A DNA stretch of 64,000 bases from Candidatus Spongiisociaceae bacterium (GTDB lineage Bacteria; Actinomycetota; Acidimicrobiia; Spongiisociales; Spongiisociaceae). Of this stretch, positions 18,482-28,181 are shown one piece after another (the first letter of the stretch is position 1; the number at the start of each line of letters is the position of its first letter). The notes beneath the pieces are model-generated. The model did no database searches, was not told the DNA's origin, and saw nothing but the letters and a program-made list of their open reading frames with translations. Location of the stretch: assembly GCA_965262915.1 (NCBI GenBank), contig OZ253564.1, positions 3,552,001 to 3,616,000 of the forward strand, read 5' to 3'. The position numbers and the translations under genes were made by a program.

Positions 18482-19258
18482 TCACGACCGGGCTTTGAGG
18501 TCGCGCAGGACCTCGAGTTCGTACCTGCTGGGCGGTTCGGTCTCCTCGAGGTCCGGGGAGATCCGCAGCGGCCATCGAGTCTGGGCCTTGACCTGCTCGA
18601 CGGTGACCCCGGGGTGCACCGCCACCAGGGTCAGTTCGCGGTCTTCGGGATCCGGCTTCAGAACCCCGAGGTCGGTTATGACCGTCTGGGGTCCGGCTCC
18701 GGTGAATCCGAGTTCGGATCGTGTCTGCGGTCTTTCCCCCAAACCGACCGAGGTCAGGAAGTCGAGTTCGGGAACGAACGCTCTCGCCAGATGGCGCATG
18801 ATGACGGTCACCTCACGGCAGTAGGAAGCGATCTCGGGAGCGCCTCCGGCACCGGGAAGGCGGACCACCGGCCGGTGGTAGTCCCTGCCGATCACCGTGG
18901 TGTTGAGGTTGGCGAACCTGTCGATCTGAGCCGCGCCCAGGTAGCCGATGTCGATATGGCCGCCCTGGAGCCAGTAGTTGAAGATCTCGGGGACCGGAAC
19001 CACTGCCTCGGCCGTTTCCGCCAGCTCGCCGTCTCCGATGGACAGCGGCAGCTTGGTCGGTTTGGCGCCCAGCACGCCCGATTCGTAGACGAGGAAAAGG
19101 TTGGGAGCATGGGTGAAGCGCGCCAGGTTGGCCACCGTGCTGGGAATGCCGATCCCGACGAAGCAGGACATCCCGTCACGGAGGCTGCGTGATCCGACCA
19201 CCGTCATGATCTCCTCGGGGGTCCATCCCCGAGCGTCGGTCTGCACCGAGCCGCTCAC
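18482..19258 (-). CDS. Family I CoA-transferase beta subunit (GctB/CatJ-type, 3-oxoadipate CoA-transferase-like)
   Basis: FVGIGIPS, LVYESG, LGAAQIDRFANLNTT and RLPGAGGAPEIA. GTG start overlaps the alpha-subunit stop. Confidence 0.9.
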   Translation of the reverse strand: MSGSVQTDARGWTPEEIMTVVGSRSLRDGMSCFVGIGIPSTVANLARFTHAPNLFLVYESGVLGAKPTKLPLSIGDGELAETAEAVVPVPEIFNYWLQGGHIDIGYLGAAQIDRFANLNTTVIGRDYHRPVVRLPGAGGAPEIASYCREVTVIMRHLARAFVPELDFLTSVGLGERPQTRSELGFTGAGPQTVITDLGVLKPDPEDRELTLVAVHPGVTVEQVKAQTRWPLRISPDLEETEPPSRYELEVLRDLKARS

Positions 19259-20064
19259 GGAGCCCCTAGCACCGACTCGTCCAACCAGTGCAGGAAGCGG
19301 TCCCGGTCCTTGCTGATCCCGTCCCACCGCCTGTAAGCAGGGTTGTCACGCTCGTAGTAGTCCTGCACGTAGGAAGGTCCGGCCCCCCCCGGCACCTCGC
19401 AGACCGCGGTAACGGCCATCGACGGGATGACGAGGTCGCTCGGGCGGCGGTCCAGTTCGTTCACCACTTCCTCGACCGTCACGATCGAGTACCGCGACGC
19501 CAGGACCACCTCTTTGAGAACCCCGGAGATGCCCCATATCTGCACGTTGCCGGCGCGGTCGGCGCGCTGGGCATGGATGATGCCGGTGTCGGGGTTGATA
19601 GCCGCAACCGCGGCCACGGTCCGGCCTGTGAACGGGCAGTCGATGAACCTCACGTGCTCGGCGATTCTCCCCAGGGAGGTACCAAGGTAACCCTTCATCA
19701 CCGTAAAAGGCATACCCGAGGCACCCGCCACGTATCGATTGGTGAGCCCCGCATGACTGTGTTCCTCGATCTCGAGGGGAGCCGGCCAGCCGTTCTCCAC
19801 CGCGTCGCGGAACCGCCAGAGCGAGCCGACACCGGGATTGCCGCCCCAGGAGAAGAGCATCTTGCGCACACATCCGGCGCCGATCAACTGGTCGTATATC
19901 AGATCGGGTGTCAGCCTGACGATGGTGAGATCGCGCCGCCCCTGGCGGATGATCTCGTGTCCGGCCGCGAACGGGATGAGATGCGTGAAGCCCTCCAGGG
20001 CAACGGTGTACCCATCGCGCACGTATCTGGAAACGGCTTCGCTGAGATCCAGGTGTTCGACCAT
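19255..20064 (-). CDS. Family I CoA-transferase alpha subunit (GctA/CatI-type)
   Basis: LEGFTHLIPFAAGHEIIRQG, FSWGGNPGVGSL, EEHSHAG and IHAQRADRAGN. Confidence 0.92.
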   Translation of the reverse strand: MVEHLDLSEAVSRYVRDGYTVALEGFTHLIPFAAGHEIIRQGRRDLTIVRLTPDLIYDQLIGAGCVRKMLFSWGGNPGVGSLWRFRDAVENGWPAPLEIEEHSHAGLTNRYVAGASGMPFTVMKGYLGTSLGRIAEHVRFIDCPFTGRTVAAVAAINPDTGIIHAQRADRAGNVQIWGISGVLKEVVLASRYSIVTVEEVVNELDRRPSDLVIPSMAVTAVCEVPGGAGPSYVQDYYERDNPAYRRWDGISKDRDRFLHWLDESVLGAP

Positions 20065-20277
20065 ACCTCAGGGTTCGGTTCGGCAACAGCCCGCCAGGGA
20101 TCGGGAGCGTGAACGCGGGTTCCGGCGGATGGACAGCAATGTTAGGCGCCGCGCGTTCCGACCCGGCATCAGCTACGTACTCGAGGGGTGACAGGCCCAG
20201 CCAACACATGGCTGAACCACGTGGGTTTGCGTCGGGAGGAGGTATGCAGACGTGGCAGGCGCCGGTTTCGTCATCCT

Positions 20278-20322
20278 CGACTACCGACTACCGACTACCG
20301 ACTACCGACTACCGACTACCGA
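20278..20322. repeat. Perfect heptamer microsatellite (CGACTAC)6+
   Basis: Six full units plus a partial unit; overlaps the stop codon of the upstream hydrolase gene. Confidence 0.95.
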
Positions 20323-21253
20323 GATAGTCGAGCAGGCCCGCCTCGTAGCGGCTCGGGTAATCGTCCCACGCGTCGCCGTGGGCGCAACCTTCGTAGACGG
20401 TGAGTAGCGGAGGGAACTGGAGCGGTAAGCGGATCCGTTCCAGATGGCTGATCGGGATGCGGTCATCGGTATCGCAATGGGCCAGACCGATGGCGTAGGG
20501 ATACCGGGCGGAGTCCTCCACCGGGCGCACGCCGTCGATGTCGAGACCCTTCGTGAGGAGGGCCATCAGGATCACCCCAGGGCGCAGAGCCGATCCGAGC
20601 CAGGAAGGCGCCGAAGTACGCCGGGTCACTTCCTGTACGACCAGATCGGACAGGGTTGCGAACGCAGAATCGGCGAATACCCCGGCGATGGCCGGTTCGC
20701 GCCAGCCGGCCATCAGAGCGATCGCGCCCCCGTAGGAATTGCCGTGCAGGAAGATGGCACCGGGTCGGGCGGCGCGCTCTCGAATCACGTGGTCGACCGC
20801 TCCGAGCAGGTCGTCACGCTCGTGGATCCCGGCCCCCATCTGGGCGGGGTCGGACTCGCCGTGGCCGCGCAGGTCGAAGGCCAGGACCGAGTAGCCGTTG
20901 GCGACGAGCGCCGGAACCATTCCGAGCATGGAACTGCGGGTGCTGTCGATGCCGTGCACACGGATCAAGACCCCTCGAGGGTCCGGCGCCGGCATCCACC
21001 ATCCGCGCAGGGTGATGTCGGGCCAACCACGCGGGGAGAACTCTGCGTCCTCGTAATCCAGAGCGAAGTCCCCGGGGCGTTCCCCGAGCGGGTTGGCCTC
21101 TGCATCGAGGGCGCTGTCCGCGATGTAGTAGGACACGGCAAGGTAGATCGAGGCGAGGACTACCACGGGGACGACCGTTCGTCTGATCAGCCTCGAACGT
21201 CTGCGTGCGGCGCCACCGCGCCGCCACCGGAGCCTGCTCGACCATTTGGACAC
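20309..21253 (-). CDS. Membrane-anchored alpha/beta hydrolase
   Basis: N-terminal TM segment, VHG, DLRGHGES, nucleophile GNSYGG, DDRIP and GCAH. Confidence 0.88.
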   Translation of the reverse strand: MSKWSSRLRWRRGGAARRRSRLIRRTVVPVVVLASIYLAVSYYIADSALDAEANPLGERPGDFALDYEDAEFSPRGWPDITLRGWWMPAPDPRGVLIRVHGIDSTRSSMLGMVPALVANGYSVLAFDLRGHGESDPAQMGAGIHERDDLLGAVDHVIRERAARPGAIFLHGNSYGGAIALMAGWREPAIAGVFADSAFATLSDLVVQEVTRRTSAPSWLGSALRPGVILMALLTKGLDIDGVRPVEDSARYPYAIGLAHCDTDDRIPISHLERIRLPLQFPPLLTVYEGCAHGDAWDDYPSRYEAGLLDYLGSR

Positions 21254-21341
21254 CTGGCTGCGAGTCTAGAACTTAGGTGTCCCTCCCGTATTCGGGCGGT
21301 CATTGTCACCCCGGAGGTTTGGAGTCGCGTTCCGGGGTGAC

Positions 21342-22157
21342 CTACCTGGCCGTATACCCGCCGTCCACAACGAGCACGGCGCCGGTCATCCATTCACTCT
21401 GGTCCGACGCGAGGAAAGAGACTGCCGAAGCAACATCGGACACGGTTCCGAGGCGGGGCCACGGGGTCAGATCGTGCTCGGGGTTGACCCCGATGACCGC
21501 CCGAGAAAGCGAGGTCTCAACGAATCCCGGGGAGACAGCGTTGACCCGGATCCGGTGATCGGCGTAGTCGATGGCCAGCTGGCGGGTCAGCCCGATCACC
21601 CCACCCTTCGAAGCGGAGTAGGCAGGCTCCGCGGCCAATCCGACCATTCCGGCGATGGACGCGATGTTGACGACGCTCCCGCCCTTCCCGAACCTCACCA
21701 TGTTGCTGATGGCGACTTTGCATCCGAGCCAGACACCCTTGAGGTTGGTAGCGATGGTCGAGTCGAACTCGGCTTCGGTCTCCTCGAGGATGGTCCGGTG
21801 GCCGTGCCAGATCCCGGCGTTGTTGACCATGATGTCCAGCCCGCCCAACTCATCGACCGCGACGGATGCGGCGCTCTCCATGTCGGAGGCCTGACCTACG
21901 TCGGCTTCCACGAACATTGCTTCTCCCCCTGCCGCCCGGATCAGGTCCACGGTCGATGCGGGACCGCCTTCCTCATGGTGACCTTCACGAGGGTGAGAAC
22001 GGAGATCAGCCACAAGCATTCGGGCCCCATCCGCCGCCAGGCGGCGAGCGATGGCCCGTCCGATGCCGGAACTTGCCCCGGTCACAACCGCAACCTTGCC
22101 CCCGAGGGTGCGAGCGACGCAGGATTGGGCAGGTTGCAATTCCGGATTCCCCATCAC
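21342..22157 (-). CDS. Short-chain dehydrogenase/reductase
   Basis: TGASSGIG, NNAG, YSASK and VDGG. Confidence 0.93.
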   Translation of the reverse strand: MMGNPELQPAQSCVARTLGGKVAVVTGASSGIGRAIARRLAADGARMLVADLRSHPREGHHEEGGPASTVDLIRAAGGEAMFVEADVGQASDMESAASVAVDELGGLDIMVNNAGIWHGHRTILEETEAEFDSTIATNLKGVWLGCKVAISNMVRFGKGGSVVNIASIAGMVGLAAEPAYSASKGGVIGLTRQLAIDYADHRIRVNAVSPGFVETSLSRAVIGVNPEHDLTPWPRLGTVSDVASAVSFLASDQSEWMTGAVLVVDGGYTAR

Positions 22158-22232
22158 GCTCCTCCTCGAGTTGCAGCCGCGGAAACTAAACCCGGGGCCA
22201 AGACATCAGGCAACCCGGAATCGACCCGTGAC

Positions 22233-23063
22233 TCAGAACCGCTCGTCCACGAAGGTCTGGTCCGTAATGGGAGGACGGACGTAACCGACTCCCGATTGGC
22301 GTTCCGGTAGCTCGATGTCATCCCAAGGAACATCCTTGTAGGGAATCTGCCCCAACAGGTGGGAGATGCAGTTGAGGCGGGCCCTTTTCTTGTTGTCCGC
22401 GTTGACGACGTACCAGGGGGCCTGCTTGATATCGGTATGGGCGAAGAGGATGTCCTTGGCCTTGGAGAACTCCGCCCATCGGGATCGACCCTCCACATCC
22501 ACCGGTGACAGCTTCCAGCGCTTGACGGGGTCGGTGATGCGGGATTGGAACCGTCGCTCCTGTTCCGCATCGCTCACCGAGAACCAGTACTTGATGAGGA
22601 TGATGCCCGAGCGGATCAGCATCCGCTCGAACTCGGGACACGAACGCAGGAACTCGCGGTACTCCTCCTGGGTACAGAAGCCCATCACCGGCTCCACCAC
22701 GCCGCGGTTGTACCAACTCCGGTCGAAGAGGACCATCTCGCCCGCTGCGGGCAACTCCGCCACGTAGCGCTGGAACCACCATTGGGTCTTCTCGCGGTCA
22801 CTGGGCGTCCCCAGCGCCACCACTCGCACGATGCGGGGATTGAGGCGTTCGGTGATCCGCTTGATCACCCCGCCCTTGCCCGCCGCATCACGGCCTTCGA
22901 AGATGACGACGACCTTGAGCCCTTCGTGTTTGATCCAGCGCTGCAAACGGACCAACTCCTCTTGGAGATGGGCCAGTTCGCGCTCGTAGACCTTGCGTTT
23001 CAGCTTGGGTCGTTCCTCATGGATCACGTCCAACTCAAGCGCCCCGGCGAAATCCACACTCAT
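22233..23063 (-). CDS. ppk2: Polyphosphate kinase 2
   Basis: FEGRDAAGKGG, FDRSWYNR and KRWKLSP. Start codon uncertain (23063 or 23126). Confidence 0.95.
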   Translation of the reverse strand: MSVDFAGALELDVIHEERPKLKRKVYERELAHLQEELVRLQRWIKHEGLKVVVIFEGRDAAGKGGVIKRITERLNPRIVRVVALGTPSDREKTQWWFQRYVAELPAAGEMVLFDRSWYNRGVVEPVMGFCTQEEYREFLRSCPEFERMLIRSGIILIKYWFSVSDAEQERRFQSRITDPVKRWKLSPVDVEGRSRWAEFSKAKDILFAHTDIKQAPWYVVNADNKKRARLNCISHLLGQIPYKDVPWDDIELPERQSGVGYVRPPITDQTFVDERF

Positions 23064-23147
23064 GCCCGTAGAGGATACAGAAGCGCAGGGCCGCGCGCCC
23101 CCGAGGTCCGATGCGGCTGTCTTCAATCTGTCAGCCCGCGGACCGGA

Positions 23148-24179
23148 TCAGGCCCGAGACGAGGCGAACCCGGCGAGCACCGCCCTGACGGCGTGTTCGA
23201 GGACCCCTTCGCCATACCCCCCCTCCTGAACCAGGACGGTCGGTAACCCGGTCCGCAGAGCACGGCCGACCGCGCGGTAGTCGTCATCGCGCAGTTGTAG
23301 CACCCGGTCCGCAGCGTGGGTGTCGACGCCGAGCGCCACCATTACCACATCGGCTCCGAAGGCATCGACCGCCCCGACGGCCCGTTCGAGGGCCGGGGCA
23401 TAGTCGCTCCATGTGGATCCGCTCCGTAGCGGTAGGTTGAGGTTGGCACCGGTACCGGCCCCCTCGCCCGTTTCCTCCGGGAATCCGGTGAAGAACGGGA
23501 AGTGGACCTCGGGATCCCCGTGTATGGAGATTGTGAGCACATCCCCGCGATGCCAGAAGACAGCCTGGGTACCGTTGCCATGGTGGGCATCGATGTCGAT
23601 GATCGCTACCTTCAGTCCTCGGGCGGCCAGCCAGGCAGCCGCTAGGGCGGTGTTGTTGAGGTAGCAGTAGCCACCGAACGTGGCAGGACCCGCATGGTGG
23701 CCTGGTGGGCGGCTAAGAGCGTAGGCGGCTTCCTTCCCGCCGTAGACATCTCGCGCTGCGGCCACCGCAGACGCCGCGGCCGACAAGGCCGCCCGCCAGG
23801 TTCCCTGGAGGATCGGATCCACATCGTTGGAATACACGCCTAGCTCGGCGTCGACATGGGTGGGTCGCCTCCAGGTAGTCCGCGGAAGGGGGCGGATGTA
23901 GGCGACCGCCTCCCCGGTGGCGGGTCCGCCGGTGGCCTCTCGCCAGCGGCCATGGGCGGTACGGAGGAAAGCGAGGTAATCGCGGTGATGTACAAGGAGC
24001 AGGTCGGCTGGATCGATCTCGGCGGGGCGGCGGACATCAAACCCCCCGGCTGCGGACAGAGCGGCGAGGATCCGATCGGCGCGGGAGGCCGTTTCCGCCG
24101 GCGGCAGGAGCACTCCTCCGAACCGGTGCGGCTCCACCGGATCATGCAGGCGGCCATCGGGATGGGAATAGACGATCAC
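23148..24179 (-). CDS. Histone deacetylase family protein / acetylpolyamine amidohydrolase
   Basis: RPPGHHA, GGYCYLNN, DIDAHHGNGTQ and QEGGY. Start uncertain (24179 or 24230). Confidence 0.9.
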   Translation of the reverse strand: MIVYSHPDGRLHDPVEPHRFGGVLLPPAETASRADRILAALSAAGGFDVRRPAEIDPADLLLVHHRDYLAFLRTAHGRWREATGGPATGEAVAYIRPLPRTTWRRPTHVDAELGVYSNDVDPILQGTWRAALSAAASAVAAARDVYGGKEAAYALSRPPGHHAGPATFGGYCYLNNTALAAAWLAARGLKVAIIDIDAHHGNGTQAVFWHRGDVLTISIHGDPEVHFPFFTGFPEETGEGAGTGANLNLPLRSGSTWSDYAPALERAVGAVDAFGADVVMVALGVDTHAADRVLQLRDDDYRAVGRALRTGLPTVLVQEGGYGEGVLEHAVRAVLAGFASSRA

Positions 24180-24302
24180 GCGGTCTACCGTTGCAAGTTC
24201 CCCACTGTGCGGGCGGATGATAGGCGCCATTGGTAGAGTGCTGAAAGCGACAAGAGACAGATGCACTCCGGTGTGCGAGCTAGCGGAAGGACCCGTTTCG
24301 AG

Positions 24303-25031
24303 TTGAACCCGGTCATCTCCTTCACTGATGTCACCAAGTACTTCGGAACCACCCACGCCCTCGACCCCACCAACCTGTCGATCCGCAAGGGCGAGTTCGT
24401 GTCGCTGGTAGGTCCGTCCGGATGCGGGAAATCAACTGTCCTCCGGCTCGGTTCCGGCCTGATCGAACCTTCCTCGGGAACCGTCACCAGGTCATCGGAC
24501 AACATCGGCTACATCTTCCAGGAACCGACCCTGATGCCTTGGCGGACGGTCGAGCAGAACGTCAGGTTTCTCGGCGAGCTGGACGGTATGAGCCGCCAGG
24601 AGAGCAACCGCCGGACGGCCGAGGTCCTGGCCCTCGTCGGTCTGGAGGAGTTCCGAGGCCACCACCCGCTGGCCCTGTCGGGCGGGATGATGATGCGGAC
24701 CAGCATCGCCCGATCCCTGCTGCTCGATCCGGACCTGTTCCTGTTCGACGAGCCGTTCGGCGCCCTCGATCAGATCAGCAGGGCGCGACTCAACGAGGAA
24801 CTGACCTCGCTCTTCGCCGACCGCCGCTTCGCCACCCTGTTCGTGACCCATTCGGTCGATGAAGCCGTCTACCTGGCGTCCCGCCTGCTGGTGATGAGCA
24901 AGCGTCCGGGACGGATCGTTGCCGAATTCCGGATCCCCTACGGCTTCCCCCGCAACCCGTCCATCCGCTACGAGCCGGAGTTCGCAAAGCTCGCCGGTGA
25001 AGTGGCCGGAGCGCTCGCGGAGGCATCGTGA
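24303..25031 (+). CDS. ABC transporter ATP-binding protein, NitT/TauT family
   Basis: GPSGCGKS, LSGGMMMR and FDEPFGALD. Start uncertain (24261 or 24303). Confidence 0.92.
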   Translation: MNPVISFTDVTKYFGTTHALDPTNLSIRKGEFVSLVGPSGCGKSTVLRLGSGLIEPSSGTVTRSSDNIGYIFQEPTLMPWRTVEQNVRFLGELDGMSRQESNRRTAEVLALVGLEEFRGHHPLALSGGMMMRTSIARSLLLDPDLFLFDEPFGALDQISRARLNEELTSLFADRRFATLFVTHSVDEAVYLASRLLVMSKRPGRIVAEFRIPYGFPRNPSIRYEPEFAKLAGEVAGALAEAS

Positions 25032-25879
25032 CCGGCATGATGCCCCCCGAGGGGATCGACCGGGAAAGTGCCGGAACCAAGGTCGTGTCCTTCCTCAAGA
25101 TCGCGATCCCGCCGACACTGGTCGCCATGCTCATCATCCTCCTGTGGTACGGCGTCACCTTCTTCGTACTGGAACCGGATCGGCGTTTCCTCCTCCCGCC
25201 GCCCCACGGAGTCATCCAGGAAGGGTTCCTCAACGGTGCGACGCGGGCCGAGATACTCGGGGGCCTGCAACGGACGGCAACTGTCGCAGGCCTCGGCCTC
25301 GGTATCGCTTTCGCGCTCGGATTCTCGATGGCGCTGGTCATGAGCCAGGCAAAGTGGATCGAGCGGTCCCTGTACCCCTACGCGGTGGTCTCCCAGACGG
25401 TGCCGATCCTGGCACTGATTCCCCTGCTCGGGTTCTGGTTCGGGTTCGGCCTGATGTCGCGGGTGATGGTGTGCGTGATCATCGCCCTGTTCCCCATCGT
25501 CATCAACTCTCTCACCGGCCTACAGGGGGTGGAGCCGAAGCTCCACGATCTGGTAACCCTTCACAAGGCAAGCCGCTGGACCCGGGCCTACAAGCTGCAG
25601 ATCCCCGCAGCCCGGCCACTCATATTCACCGGCATGAGGACTTCGGCGGGACTGGCGGTAATCGGAGCCATAGTCGGCGACTTCTTCTTCGGGCGGGGCC
25701 AGCCTGGCATCGGGATCCTGCTCGACCGCTACAGCCGCCGCCTGAAGAGCGAGGAGCTACTTGCCGCGGTCATCGTCGCGTGCCTGCTCGGGGTGGTGGC
25801 CTTCTGGATATTCGGCGTGATCGGTCGGCGGGCTGTGGGCCATTGGGACCCTTCCTGGGCTGACGAACGCCAGAAGTGA
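25028..25879 (+). CDS. ABC transporter permease, NitT/TauT family
   Basis: LLPPP, QTVPILALIP and AVIGAIVGDF. Confidence 0.92.
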   Translation: MTGMMPPEGIDRESAGTKVVSFLKIAIPPTLVAMLIILLWYGVTFFVLEPDRRFLLPPPHGVIQEGFLNGATRAEILGGLQRTATVAGLGLGIAFALGFSMALVMSQAKWIERSLYPYAVVSQTVPILALIPLLGFWFGFGLMSRVMVCVIIALFPIVINSLTGLQGVEPKLHDLVTLHKASRWTRAYKLQIPAARPLIFTGMRTSAGLAVIGAIVGDFFFGRGQPGIGILLDRYSRRLKSEELLAAVIVACLLGVVAFWIFGVIGRRAVGHWDPSWADERQK

Positions 25880-25927
25880 ACGAGTAGAACATCAGGACAA
25901 CGACCAACGTTAAGAAAGGAGCCACCG

Positions 25928-28177
25928 ATGCAAGGACGACGAAGAAGGCGATTGAGGATCATGGTCGCCACGGTGGCGGTCCTCGCGCTGGTCGCGGCGG
26001 CATGCGGCGAGGACGAAGAGCCAACCACCACTACCCAAGTGGCTACCACCACTGCGGCCGCACCCGAGACAACCGCCGCGCCGGACGAGATGCCGGAGGA
26101 TGCGATGATGGCGCCTTTGGCGGGTGTGTGTCCTGATCCGTTGGTGATCCAGCTGGACTGGGAACCGGAGTCCGAGCATGGCGGTATCTACCAGCTGGTC
26201 GGTGACGGTTACGAGATCGACACGGACGCCAAGAGCGTGCGCGGTCCGCTGGTCGCGGGCGGCAACGAGACCGGTATCGACATCGAGGTGCGGATCGGCG
26301 GGTTCGCGGTCGGTTTCCAGCCGGTCCAGTCGCTCATGTACCAGGACCAGGACATCTTCATGGGCTTCGTCCGAGCGACCGAGGCCATGGCGACCTATGC
26401 GGACGTCCCGATCGTGAGCGTGATGGCCACCTTCGAGAAGAGCGCCTTCGCCATTTACTGGGATCCCGAGACCTATCCCAACGTCCATCAGATCGCCGAT
26501 CTCCGCGACGAGGGCGCGACGATCCTGTTGGGACGGCCCGACGTGTTCCAGGACTGGTGGCTCGCGGAGGGGATCATGGACGAGTCCCAGATGGACCTGA
26601 CAGACCAGCCCAAGCCGGCCGCTTTCGTCGGCCAGGGCGGGGCGGTCGCCGAGGCGGGGTTCGCCACCGCCGAGCCGTTCATCTACGAGGTCGAGGTTCC
26701 CGAATGGGGTAAGCCGATCAGGACCCAGTTGATCCACGACACCGGGTTCGAGGAGTACTTCCAGGCCATCGGGGTACGGGCGGACGACGCGGTGGACCGC
26801 GCCGACTGTCTCAAAGAGGTGGTACCGATCATCCAGCAGGCCCATGTGGACTTCCTCAACAACCCGGGTCCGACCAACCAGTTGATCCTGGAGCTGGTGG
26901 ACACCTATGACACCGGATGGATCTACACCCAGGGAGTGGCCGACTTCGCAGTGTCCACGATGCTGGAACTCGGCATCATGGGCAACGGCGACAACAACAC
27001 CTTGGGCGACTTCGACATGGACCGGGTAACCGGACTGTTGGAGATCATCGCCCAGGTCACCGACGCCGATGTGAGCGGACTCGCACCCGAAGACCTGGTA
27101 ACCAACGAATTCATCGACTTCTCCATCGGGTTACCCGAGGATGCGATGATGACGTCGTTGGCGGGTGTGTGTCCTGATCCGTTGGTGATCCAGCTGGACT
27201 GGGAACCGGAGTCCGAGCATGGCGGTATCTACCAGCTGGTCGGTGACGGTTACGAGATCGACACGGACGCCAAGAGCGTGCGCGGTCCGCTGGTCGCGGG
27301 CGGCAACGAGACCGGTATCGACATCGAGGTGCGGATCGGCGGGTTCGCGGTCGGTTTCCAGCCGGTCCAGTCGCTCATGTACCAGGACCAGGACATCTTC
27401 ATGGGCTTCGTCCGAGCGACCGAGGCCATGGCGACCTATGCGGACGTCCCGATCGTGAGCGTGATGGCCACCTTCGAGAAGAGCGCCTTCGCCATTTACT
27501 GGGATCCCGAGACCTATCCCAACGTCCATCAGATCGCCGATCTCCGCGACGAGGGCGCGACGATCCTGTTGGGACGGCCCGACGTGTTCCAGGACTGGTG
27601 GCTCGCGGAGGGGATCATGGACGAGTCCCAGATGGACCTGACAGACCAGCCCAAGCCGGCCGCTTTCGTCGGCCAGGGCGGGGCGGTCGCCGAGGCGGGG
27701 TTCGCCACCGCCGAGCCGTTCATCTACGAGGTCGAGGTTCCCGAATGGGGTAAGCCGATCAGGACCCAGTTGATCCACGACACCGGGTTCGAGGAGTACT
27801 TCCAGGCCATCGGGGTACGGGCGGACGACGCGGTGGACCGCGCCGACTGTCTCAAAGAGGTGGTACCGATCATCCAGCAGGCCCATGTGGACTTCCTCAA
27901 CAACCCGGGTCCGACCAACCAGTTGATCCTGGAGCTGGTGGACACCTATGACACCGGATGGATCTACACCCAGGGAGTGGCCGACTTCGCAGTGTCCACG
28001 ATGCTGGAACTCGGCATCATGGGCAACGGCGACAACAACACCTTGGGCGACTTCGACATGGACCGGGTAACCGGACTGTTGGAGATCATCGCCCAGGTCA
28101 CCGACGCCGATGTGAGCGGACTCGCACCCGAAGACCTGGTAACCAACGAATTCATCGACTTCTCCATCGGGCTCTAG
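25928..28177 (+). CDS. ABC substrate-binding lipoprotein with two identical NMT1-like binding domains
   Basis: AAAC lipobox and a Thr-rich linker, then the domain LAGVCPDPLVIQLDWEPESEHGG...VTNEFIDFSIG twice. Confidence 0.88.
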   Translation: MQGRRRRRLRIMVATVAVLALVAAACGEDEEPTTTTQVATTTAAAPETTAAPDEMPEDAMMAPLAGVCPDPLVIQLDWEPESEHGGIYQLVGDGYEIDTDAKSVRGPLVAGGNETGIDIEVRIGGFAVGFQPVQSLMYQDQDIFMGFVRATEAMATYADVPIVSVMATFEKSAFAIYWDPETYPNVHQIADLRDEGATILLGRPDVFQDWWLAEGIMDESQMDLTDQPKPAAFVGQGGAVAEAGFATAEPFIYEVEVPEWGKPIRTQLIHDTGFEEYFQAIGVRADDAVDRADCLKEVVPIIQQAHVDFLNNPGPTNQLILELVDTYDTGWIYTQGVADFAVSTMLELGIMGNGDNNTLGDFDMDRVTGLLEIIAQVTDADVSGLAPEDLVTNEFIDFSIGLPEDAMMTSLAGVCPDPLVIQLDWEPESEHGGIYQLVGDGYEIDTDAKSVRGPLVAGGNETGIDIEVRIGGFAVGFQPVQSLMYQDQDIFMGFVRATEAMATYADVPIVSVMATFEKSAFAIYWDPETYPNVHQIADLRDEGATILLGRPDVFQDWWLAEGIMDESQMDLTDQPKPAAFVGQGGAVAEAGFATAEPFIYEVEVPEWGKPIRTQLIHDTGFEEYFQAIGVRADDAVDRADCLKEVVPIIQQAHVDFLNNPGPTNQLILELVDTYDTGWIYTQGVADFAVSTMLELGIMGNGDNNTLGDFDMDRVTGLLEIIAQVTDADVSGLAPEDLVTNEFIDFSIGL
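26117..28171 (+). repeat. Direct duplication, 26117-27130 = 27158-28171 (1014 bp, period 1041)
   Basis: The two copies look identical by eye, and identical shadow ORFs recur at an offset of 1041. Confidence 0.93.
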
Positions 28178-28181
28178 GGGA

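Noticed and set aside
17726-19192. 488-aa plus-strand ORF
   Set aside because: Antisense shadow of the oxidoreductase and CoA-transferase genes in high-GC DNA, with no motifs.
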